Origin: Endomicrobiales bacterium
Lineage (GTDB): Bacteria > Elusimicrobiota > Endomicrobiia > Endomicrobiales > CAWCFT01
DNA length: 64,000 bases
NCBI GenBank assembly: GCA_963794945.1
Contig: CAWCFT010000015.1
Coordinates: forward strand, 64,001-128,000
Reading direction: 5' to 3'
Both the position numbers and the translations under genes were made by a program. Each line of letters starts with the position of its first letter. The first letter of the stretch is position 1. A model generated the notes under the pieces. That model searched no databases, was not told the origin of the DNA, and was given only the letters and a program-made list of their open reading frames with translations. Shown piece after piece: positions 51,669 to 59,956 of this stretch.

Positions 51669-52307
51669 TTAAATAATTCCTACGGCCCTCACCGGCGACC
51701 CGCCGCCGTTTTGGAACTTTAGGGGCATGCAGTAAAACATAAATATTTTTCCGCCGACCTCGTCAAGGTTCGCGAGGTTCTCAACTATCACGATGCCGTT
51801 TTTGAAAAATATCTTATGGACGGGAAAATTCTTCGAGTCGATGGGGTCGATACTGATAGCGTCGACACCGATACCTTTCAGTTTGAATCCGCACAGCCAC
51901 TCCGCGGCGTCCTTGCCGAGCGACGGAAAACCCTCAAAATATTTTTGGGCGCCCCAGTATTTTCCCCAGCCCGTCTTAAGTATAAGGTACTCTATCCGGG
52001 AGATCAGCCCCGCATGCGGCGTAAGCGCTTCCCGGCTTATCTCCCCGGGTTTTATACCGGACACATCGATAACCGCGGCTTTCCCGATAAAATGCCCGAT
52101 TTCCATTTGATCAACTGTCGGTCCGTCAGAAGTTATATGAGAGGGAACATCTATATGGGTCCCGGTATGGGTGTACATAGTGACTCTGTGCTCCACGAAC
52201 CCGTCTTTCTCAAGGCTCGCCGCCCGCTCAATTTTCGGCTGTTCCGTACCAGGGAAAACCGGCATGTCCGGCCGTATCAAGTGCGAAAGGTCAACCATTT
52301 TAAGCAA
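51669..52307 (-). CDS. Cyclase family protein (kynurenine formamidase-like)
   Basis: HTGTHIDVPSH, GIGVDAISID, IVENL, GSPVRA. Confidence 0.9.
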   Translation of the reverse strand: MLKMVDLSHLIRPDMPVFPGTEQPKIERAASLEKDGFVEHRVTMYTHTGTHIDVPSHITSDGPTVDQMEIGHFIGKAAVIDVSGIKPGEISREALTPHAGLISRIEYLILKTGWGKYWGAQKYFEGFPSLGKDAAEWLCGFKLKGIGVDAISIDPIDSKNFPVHKIFFKNGIVIVENLANLDEVGGKIFMFYCMPLKFQNGGGSPVRAVGII

Positions 52308-52743
52308 AGGTCTCTCCGGACACTGGTTTAGTGAAGTTTATATCTGTATCGAACAGTTCTTTCATCTTCGCTTTTAGCCAGGCATCTGCTTCGGGTTTGG
52401 CTCTGAACACTTTTGTAAACCACCCGATATCGGCGGCTTGTATTTCCCACATGCGGGCGAGGCCGTAACCAAGTAGCGAGGGAGCCACAATGGCGACAAC
52501 AGCGTCGTCATGGACTGAAACCGCGATGTGCTTGTGGTATTTCAGCATCTCAAGCAAGTCGAAGGCCGACACTTTGTAAGAATCAACCGGCGTTTCGTCA
52601 ATAAAGGCGTACTTGAAGCTCTCTAAATTTTCTTTTTTGAGCAGCCGCTTAAGGGCATCCCTTAATTCGTCGCCCGTCAACACCCCATGACAGCGAAAAT
52701 AGATCCCCAGATTGTTATCCAAAAACGAAACATCGATGCCCAT
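52300..52743 (-). CDS. Hypothetical protein (STAS/SpoIIAA-like)
   Basis: VAIVAPS..YGLARMW..VFR..ADAWL pattern. Confidence 0.6.
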   Translation of the reverse strand: MGIDVSFLDNNLGIYFRCHGVLTGDELRDALKRLLKKENLESFKYAFIDETPVDSYKVSAFDLLEMLKYHKHIAVSVHDDAVVAIVAPSLLGYGLARMWEIQAADIGWFTKVFRAKPEADAWLKAKMKELFDTDINFTKPVSGETFA

Positions 52744-52882
52744 AATTTCCTTTCCTGTATTTAATTAAGCTCTAAAATGCTGTGTCTCATATTTTTGACG
52801 TATTATAGAATAAGTTAAATTAAATATTCAAGACGCCGCAGCTATAATAGATTTATTAGTGGACGTTATCTTTGTACAGATT

Positions 52883-53509
52883 TCATAGTTTTTTAAACCA
52901 AAAATCGCATATATTTTCACCGTTCGCAATCGTTTTAGTCCGTGTTAATTCGCAGTTCATGTACTTAGCCGTTACATAATCAAAATTGCACATCTGCGTG
53001 GCGATCTCCGCACAATTTTCCCGATTCAATAGCTTGCAAATACCACACTCACGATAGTTGATGCCGTACTCGTTTGTTGTTTTGCCGTAAACAAATTCAA
53101 AAACAAATCCAGCAGGGTATATCTTCTTTTGAGACTCTATAGATGCGGAGTTACGTTTGTCCTGCCATCTCCGGGTAAAGGCTTGCTTTCCCATTAACTT
53201 CATAAACAGTTTGTAAGCGGTGGTTTGTTCAATCGCATTTGAAAATACTTGACCCATTTGTTCTACGGACAGCTTGCCGTCCGCCGCCTTGTAGATTGCT
53301 GCCGCAAATGCAGCAATCAGTATATGCATAAAAAGCGGATTATTCCAACCTCCGATGTATGGCGAACGCATCACAATCTCTCTATAATCCAGTTTCGATT
53401 TATGGATTACATCCGTCGCATTTTGCTTCCCAAGAACAACTAACAACTGCTTCCTGAAATTATCGTTAAAAAGTAACGGAATCATTCGAGCATAAATGTC
53501 ATAATTCAT
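52883..53509 (-). CDS. L-2-amino-thiazoline-4-carboxylate hydrolase-like family protein
   Basis: ECGICK..MCNFDY..LTRTKTIANG..CDFWF. Confidence 0.75.
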   Translation of the reverse strand: MNYDIYARMIPLLFNDNFRKQLLVVLGKQNATDVIHKSKLDYREIVMRSPYIGGWNNPLFMHILIAAFAAAIYKAADGKLSVEQMGQVFSNAIEQTTAYKLFMKLMGKQAFTRRWQDKRNSASIESQKKIYPAGFVFEFVYGKTTNEYGINYRECGICKLLNRENCAEIATQMCNFDYVTAKYMNCELTRTKTIANGENICDFWFKKL

Positions 53510-53725
53510 TTTTTAAATCCAGTTATGGTTAGTCGTGTCTGCCATGGTTGATGCCTTTCTTTAAATAAGTATTATGTCCCCTGGAATTCCGCTCAGGTTC
53601 ATGCCAATCCTACTTTCTTGAGTCCTAATGTATCAATAGTCAAAATCAACCTGGTTTAAGCTATTCTTCTTATCCTAGTCATGGTTTCACTAACATGACT
53701 ATTGATTAGCTTTATAAACTTGCTC

Positions 53726-54586
53726 TCATGACTCACCTATATCCGGTTCGGATGGGGGCTGGCCCATTTTTGTTATGTTCTGTGTTTGGTTGACAGGGTC
53801 TTGAGGATTTGCGGGTTGTGGTTCTGTGGTGGTAGAGGGCACTGATTTCGCCGCGTTATTACTCTTGGATTTGGTTGATTTTTTGGCTGGTTTTGATGCT
53901 TGTTTTAGGGTTGATTTCCAGGATTTCTTAACTTCAGCTAAAAAAGCATCGATTGTGGCTGCGCTTTGTGGACTAATTGCGATCTTTAACTTAGCTTCAA
54001 ATATATTTCTTGTTGAATTTACATTGTATTTTGTGTTATCCACAATCTGTTCGTCATTATGACGAGCCCCAGCAGTTCCTACTTCAGTTGCGGACACTTC
54101 TCCGGACTCTATCTTTGCATGCGTATCTGCCGGAGCATTAGCTACCTTTATATACCTACGAACCTGCGCTTCGCTCTTACCTATTATACTGCCTATCTCA
54201 ACATTGCCAACGCCCTGGTCGCTCAGCTTCTTACACAAGAACATCTTGTCCAAGGCTGTGTACTGCCCGCGCTCTATGTTCTCCCTGGCGCTAAGCTTCC
54301 GGCATTCTGTATCCGGCAGCTCTTCGATCGGGATAGTTATTGCCCGTATCTTGTCCCAGCCAAGAGAAATTGCCGCTGTACAGCGCCTGAACCCGCACAC
54401 TATCTGGGTTCGGCCGTCCTGCATCCTGCGCAGAACAATTGGTATATCCTGCCCGTTCTCTTTTAATGACGCAGCCAGGCTTGCCACATCTTCTGCCCCT
54501 ACCTGCCTGCGGTACTGGTACGTTTTGTTTGCGTAATCTATGCTGCTTAACGCCACCCATTCAGTTTGGTACTTTGAGAGATCCAT
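53726..54586 (-). CDS. Orphan ParB/RepB/Spo0J-family protein
   Basis: LAASLKENGQDIPIVL, IVCGFRRCTAA, ENIER, HTH IGSIIGKSEAQVRRY; low-complexity tail. Confidence 0.85.
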   Translation of the reverse strand: MDLSKYQTEWVALSSIDYANKTYQYRRQVGAEDVASLAASLKENGQDIPIVLRRMQDGRTQIVCGFRRCTAAISLGWDKIRAITIPIEELPDTECRKLSARENIERGQYTALDKMFLCKKLSDQGVGNVEIGSIIGKSEAQVRRYIKVANAPADTHAKIESGEVSATEVGTAGARHNDEQIVDNTKYNVNSTRNIFEAKLKIAISPQSAATIDAFLAEVKKSWKSTLKQASKPAKKSTKSKSNNAAKSVPSTTTEPQPANPQDPVNQTQNITKMGQPPSEPDIGES

Positions 54587-54599
54587 AACTCCTCCGGAG

Positions 54600-54735
54600 A
54601 ATTTCGAAACTAGCAATCTCGAAATTCGAAATAATATTATCTAAACCAAAATACATTTAGGTCATATTTTATTTGCTAATTGAATATTTGGTATTGTTTT
54701 TTGTTTCGAGAATAGATATTCGAGTTTCGGAATTT
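54600..54735. repeat. Inverted 7/8-mer tandem array (ATTTCGAA-like units) overlapping the PHP gene 3' end
   Basis: ATTTCGAA ACTAGCA ATCTCGAA ATTCGAA ... TTTCGAG AATAGAT ATTCGAG TTTCGGAATT. Confidence 0.65.
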
Positions 54736-56039
54736 CTGTATATATAGTACCACCCAGCCGATATTGTTAGGAATATCGGGGCCAGCAGCTTGCCTATAAC
54801 CTGGTTCTCTGGCATCAGCGGCACCCAAATAACGACGCTCCAAACGCAGAAGCCGGCAAATAGGGCCGAGAACAGCAGGGGCAACAGTCTCGCCAGCGGC
54901 ATCAAAAGCCGCAGGTTTATCGCTACAGCAAACAGCACCAGCCAAACCAGCCACGATACCGCCTGCCTCTTGTTAAGGCTGCCGAAATAGTAGTAGCATC
55001 CAAAGAACGGCTCTAACGCGTACCTGAGTAAACCCTGCGCCTCACCCGGGCGCTCAAGCACTATAACCTTGGTTAGCGCGTGCTTCATTAACGAATCGAA
55101 CGGCAGGCCGTTACCGGCACCGTTCTCAATTGCGGTCCACACGTTGCTCATATAGCCCCATCCGTGCCAGTTTGTAGAACCTGTCATGAGGAGGCCTTTC
55201 GCCTTGCAAAAATCTACCAGCTCGCGCCGTTCAGCCGGAGCGAACTTCCTGTAGCCGGCGTTGTATATCTCAAAACCATCTATACCGAAATCGTAAAGCT
55301 GCTGCCATGTGAAGTAACGCCATTTCCACCAGTGCGGGCATATAACAATAAAACCATTGGCGTGGGCTAGGCCTATAACCTCTTTTACGGATTTGTGAAG
55401 GAATGGCGCAGCATCATACGGCCTGTCCGCCAGAACCAGAAGCGAGACCCGTTCAGTTGTAGAAACTTGCATACCTGGGTAAACCGTTGTTAGCCTTGCT
55501 GCCGCCGGGAACTTGTCAAACCCGTTCGTGTGCCCATGCTCGGTATCGAAAAACGAGTTAAAGCCCAGCCTCTCGTGGTATCGCAGGCTCTGCCCGGGAC
55601 TGTCCAGCCCGTCATGAGAATAATAGGTGTGTGAGTGGTAATCGGTTATATTGAAGTTCTTTGGGGCGTTGAGCCTTGGCGCGGGGAACGGGAATATTAG
55701 GCATATCATCACCGCGCTTATGAAGAACACTTCGTACCTTACAAAACGCGAGAGTATTCCCGCGAGGCCGTCTTTCTTAAAAAACACCATGGCCAAAGCG
55801 AGGAGCGCAAGCCATATCATCCACGAACCAAGCTGAAGCATGTACCTTGAAAATGACAGAATGTATTCCGCAGCTCCTGCAAACGGCTCGATGACGTACC
55901 GGGCCCCGGGCCACGACACGCTGAAACCCGCCGCGCCGCCCTGCGAAACAATGTCCGTAAGCCCGCGCCTGGGCGCAGGTGAAACAACCGCCAGCGCGCC
56001 AAGTATCAGCGCAAGTACAAGAAGTATTTTATTTTTCAT
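54669..56039 (-). CDS. Membrane protein with PHP phosphoesterase domain
   Basis: DYHSHTYYSHDG, TEH, PH, GFEIYN, GSTNWHG; TMs on both sides. Confidence 0.8.
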   Translation of the reverse strand: MKNKILLVLALILGALAVVSPAPRRGLTDIVSQGGAAGFSVSWPGARYVIEPFAGAAEYILSFSRYMLQLGSWMIWLALLALAMVFFKKDGLAGILSRFVRYEVFFISAVMICLIFPFPAPRLNAPKNFNITDYHSHTYYSHDGLDSPGQSLRYHERLGFNSFFDTEHGHTNGFDKFPAAARLTTVYPGMQVSTTERVSLLVLADRPYDAAPFLHKSVKEVIGLAHANGFIVICPHWWKWRYFTWQQLYDFGIDGFEIYNAGYRKFAPAERRELVDFCKAKGLLMTGSTNWHGWGYMSNVWTAIENGAGNGLPFDSLMKHALTKVIVLERPGEAQGLLRYALEPFFGCYYYFGSLNKRQAVSWLVWLVLFAVAINLRLLMPLARLLPLLFSALFAGFCVWSVVIWVPLMPENQVIGKLLAPIFLTISAGWYYIYRNSETRISILETKNNTKYSISK

Positions 56040-56044
56040 TACGG

Positions 56045-56922
56045 TTAGCAATATCCGAACCGGGTTTGTTCATGAGCCGTGAGCTCAAGATCATTGTTTA
56101 TTGGCTTTGTTTCAGCGGCTCTCTGCTTGATGTTGTCTATCGCGCCTTTTGCCGCGCCGACACGGACTTGTCGGCGTCTTTAAGAAGTTTTTCAAGCTCT
56201 TTGATAGCGGAAGTGTCGCCCACCACTCCGAGCGCATCTGCCGCTGAACGGCGGACAACCGCGACCGGGTTTTCGAGATTTATCCTGAGGTAGGGCGCGG
56301 CCGTGTATATTTTTAGCCTGGCCACGGTGTCAGCGGCCATAACCTGCACGCCTTCAGCCTCATCATGAACCATGGCGGCTATCTGCGGGTATGTTTCCGG
56401 AGAATTAATTTTTCCTAGGGCCCTTATCGCCTCGTTCCTGAAAATAGGATATGGGTCTTTCAAAAGGGTTTTCAGCATATCCACGGCGGTCGTGCTTCTG
56501 AGCTCCCCAAGGGCGGTAACGATGTTTATTTTCACGTTTGTGTTGCCTTCAGCGCTGAACCTGTCGATGAGGACGGAAGCCGCGCGGGGGTCGCCCGATG
56601 CGGCAAGGGCGTTCACCGCCGAACGGCGCACTTCAACGTCGGGGTCCTGCAGGGCTTTGGAGATAGCGTCGAAATTAGATTTCTTCTTTTCTGCGCCGAG
56701 ATAGATAAGCGCGTTGCGCCGGACTATCGGGTCGGGGTCGGAAAGTTTTTCGAGGTTCGTCCGCGTGTCGGGTTTGGCGGGTTCGGCTTGAGCCTGAGCC
56801 GCGGGCGCGGCTGCGGCGTCAGAAGATTTTTTCGCGTCGGAACCAGCCGCAGCATCGTCCGCGATCAGAGATGGAACGCACAGCATACAAACAACCAACA
56901 ATGCCAAAAGATTTTTTAACAT
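56045..56922 (-). CDS. Exported HEAT-repeat protein, frameshift near 56155
   Basis: Signal peptide; repeats LSDPDPIVRRNA, LQDPDVEVRRSA, LKDPYPIFRNEA. Confidence 0.85.
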
Positions 56923-56997
56923 GATTTCCTCCCATTTGACTAGACTAATGAAACTACACAAGCAAGCTGCACGGTATCAGGCGCATTTTGTCATTAT

Positions 56998-57034
56998 TCC
57001 TCTCCCTCTACGGGAGAGGATTGAGGTGAGGGTG
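56998..57034. repeat. REP-like CCTCTCCC hairpin element
   Basis: TCCTCTCCC-TCTAC-GGGAGAGGA followed by TTGAGGTGAGGG. Confidence 0.6.
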
Positions 57035-57117
57035 AAGTTACGACCAACCCATAAATTAGATTGGAAGTACCCTTTAGGGTATTTTATACCGGGTATACCA
57101 GTGTAAAATTGCCAAGT

Positions 57118-57531
57118 TTACTTTATTTTTCCACCAAGCTCTACACCCAGCGCGAAACGCTTTGCGCCGGCCTGCCTTGCGGCGTCGATAACCTGCACAA
57201 CGGCGTCGTATTTAACTTCCTTGTCGGCCTTGACAATGACCGGCATGTCGGGGTTGTATATGAGCCTTGTTGAGACTGTGGCCTTTATCTCGGCGAGCTC
57301 AGTCCTTTTTTCGTTGAGAAAGATGTTGCCCGCGGCGTCTATCATTATGTTTATGGTCTTGCCGGTCTCGGTGTCCGCGGATTTGACATTCGGGAGCTTG
57401 AGCTTGATACCGGGCTGGAGCATGAGCGGCGTCGTTATCATGAATATAACTAGCAGCACAAGCACCACGTCGGTAAAAGGCGTGATGTTTATCTCCGCCA
57501 TGAGTTTTTTGCGTTTAAAAGGTTTGATCAT
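57118..57531 (-). CDS. ExbD/TolR family protein
   Basis: EINITPFTDVVLVLLVIFMITTP; VIVKAD..YDAVVQVID. Confidence 0.93.
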   Translation of the reverse strand: MIKPFKRKKLMAEINITPFTDVVLVLLVIFMITTPLMLQPGIKLKLPNVKSADTETGKTINIMIDAAGNIFLNEKRTELAEIKATVSTRLIYNPDMPVIVKADKEVKYDAVVQVIDAARQAGAKRFALGVELGGKIK

Positions 57532-57532
57532 C

Positions 57533-58160
57533 TTATTTCCTCATGCCGAGTATGTCTATCATCTCCGAAGAGCAGTATTCCATCTCGGTAACGAAATTGT
57601 CCACGCGGCGTATAAAGTAGTTGTAGAATATAACGGCCGGTATCGCGACGAGGAGCCCTGACGCTGTGCAGATGAGCGCCTCTGACACGCCGCCGATCAC
57701 CACTGATATGCCACCGGAACCTATCTTGGAAATGTTGTGGAATGAGCTCACTATCCCTATGACCGTGCCGAAGAGGCCGATGTAAACCGCTATGTTGCCT
57801 ATAGTGCCGACGACGCTTGTGTAGCGCTCAAGTATGACCGTCTCAACCATTATCTCGCGCTCCATCGCGCTAGAATATACTTTTTCTTCGTGCTTATAGT
57901 TCTTCAGCCCCGCGAGCACAAACGCCCGCTATGGGAGAATCCTGCCTATCGCATTCCTTCATCGCTTTTTCAAAATCAAAGACATCGACGCAGGCCTTTA
58001 TCCTGGCCATAAAAGCTTTTCTGTCTAGCCTGGACTTGATATAGTAAGTCCTTATGCGCTCAAGTATGACGCCGATCGAAACAATAGAGCACGCGAGCAG
58101 TATGTACATCGTGAACCCGCCCATACTGAATATCTGGAAAAGCGATTTTCCCTCGAACAT
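57533..58160 (-). CDS. ExbB/TolQ/MotA family proton channel protein, frameshift near 57921
   Basis: GGFTMYILLACS; GLFGTVIGIV; GVSEALICTASGLLVAIPA. Confidence 0.92.
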
Positions 58161-58177
58161 TTTTGACTCCTTATTTC

Positions 58178-58259
58178 AGGGATAAGGGTTATTGGGTAAG
58201 GGGTTAGTTACGGCTTTTGCCTGTCTTTCACTTATCCCTTATCATTACCGCTTACCGCT
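58178..58259. repeat. Inverted heptamer tandem array (AGGGATA units)
   Basis: AGGGATA AGGGTTA TTGGGTA AGGGGTT ... TATCCCT TATCAT TACCGCT TACCGCT. Confidence 0.8.
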
Positions 58260-58263
58260 GTCG

Positions 58264-59743
58264 TTATAATTTTAAATTAAGCCCGATATAAAAAATAGGT
58301 GCGTCCCTGAAATAGCCCGGCTGTGTCTCTATCTTCTCGGACTGCAGGTTGTCGCACGAAACGTAAAGCTCGATATCCCTGCCGATGGCTTTTTTTACGG
58401 ACGCAGATAAATTCCCGTAGGCCGCGAGCTGCGCGCCGCTTGTGCTCGTATAGCGGACCGCGCCTGTATACCCGTAACCCGCGCCAAACACCCAGGAGCC
58501 CGCGCTGTATTCAACGCCGGCAGACAACCTGTAACCCGGAACGAACGCTACGCTGTCGTCGAGATTGTGTTCGCCGGTCAAGGCAAAGGAAACTGGCCCT
58601 TGTTTCATCTTCGCTTTGACGCGCATGCTGGCCGCGTAAAAACTGTTCATGTTCCCGGGAGTTATGAGGCCCACGCCGGGGACATCTTCCCAGAAAAGGT
58701 AATTATTCCATTGCGCTTGTGAAAGCTCAAAATCAACGGAGTTATTCTCGTCAGCATAATACGATATATTTTCGTTAAAATCATACACGCTTTCAGGATA
58801 GAGTATGTTATTGTTGACCAAAACATGGTCGTCTCCGGCATAGAGCCTGTTCCAGTTCAACTGTTCTATGCCCGGTAGGTAATTCACGCTGAATTTTAAG
58901 CCCGGGACAATACCCACTGCCAAATATCCCTGCGGGAATATTCTGTCCTTTGTGTAGCGCGCCCCTCCGCCAAGCACCACCTTGGAAAACAACATAACAT
59001 CGTACCGAAGCGAGCCCGTGTCGAACTCGCCGGTACCCCCACCAGCAGCGCCCAGCGCAGTGTCTTTATGGGGACATAGCTCTATGGTCGCGTTTTGGCC
59101 TTCAAAAGGCTGCCAGATCACAGAAAGGTTTCCCGAGACGGCCTGATTAGAATCCTGCCCTTTTACTTCGCCTGTTTCGTAAGAGGCCCCGATCTTGGCA
59201 TTGAGGTTTTCCCTTATGTAAAAGTCGCAGCCGGTTTTGAGTCCGTAAAAATTCTTTTGCAGCTGGAACAGGCTGGATTCGTCGCTCTGCGCGCTGGCAT
59301 AAAAATTCTTATCGGGAGATATTTCCTTTTTAAAATACAGGTTGAAAATATTCTCTTCCTTCACAAGATTAGGGTACTCGCCGTCGGTGTTGTTTACGCT
59401 GTACGACGCGTCCACGTTCTGCGTGGACTTGTAAACGAAATCCGCGCCCCTAGAAGCGAAACTCCCCTGATAAACGTTTACTTTCACCGGCTGGTCAACG
59501 GAAAGGAAATCGTGGAACCTTAGGCCCACAAGCACCGGCGCGGGGGAAAGGTCGAACTCGGAAATGAAGTTCTGCATCCTGAGGTACGGCTGGTCCAAGG
59601 GAGGCTCTTTGACCCTCTCGATCGTAGGCGGGGCCTCGGGAAGAATGAAATGCTCTACATCTTCCTCGGCACACAGCGCACTCGAGAACATAATTCCAAA
59701 GACCAAAGTTACCTGCCGCGCGTTCCCAAAGTCTATTTATCAT
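58264..59743 (-). CDS. Outer-membrane beta-barrel protein (TonB-dependent-receptor-like C-terminus), frameshift near 59713
   Basis: Signal peptide; alternating hydrophobic beta strands; LYVSCDNL..PGY..FYIGLNLKL end. Confidence 0.7.
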
Positions 59744-59827
59744 TTTGATGCCGATGTTCCGTTTCAATAAGTTACTTTGAATATCTTATTCTGAAAAATA
59801 CTAAATATTTAAATCAAGTACTTGCAG

Positions 59828-59910
59828 TTGTAGCAGCAGAGCTTGCTCTGCCGATATTGCTTTAAAATGTTTAAAACCTAACTGACGCGAAGCAAGCTTC
59901 GCAGCTACAA
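59828..59910. repeat. GTAG-type REP doublet (REPIN-like)
   Basis: GTAG-CA-GCAGAGC-TT-GCTCTGC and inverted GCGAAGC-AA-GCTTCGC-AG-CTAC. Confidence 0.75.
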
Positions 59911-59956
59911 AATCATCAAACTTAATACTGAAATAGTTTTATATTCGAAATTGTCT

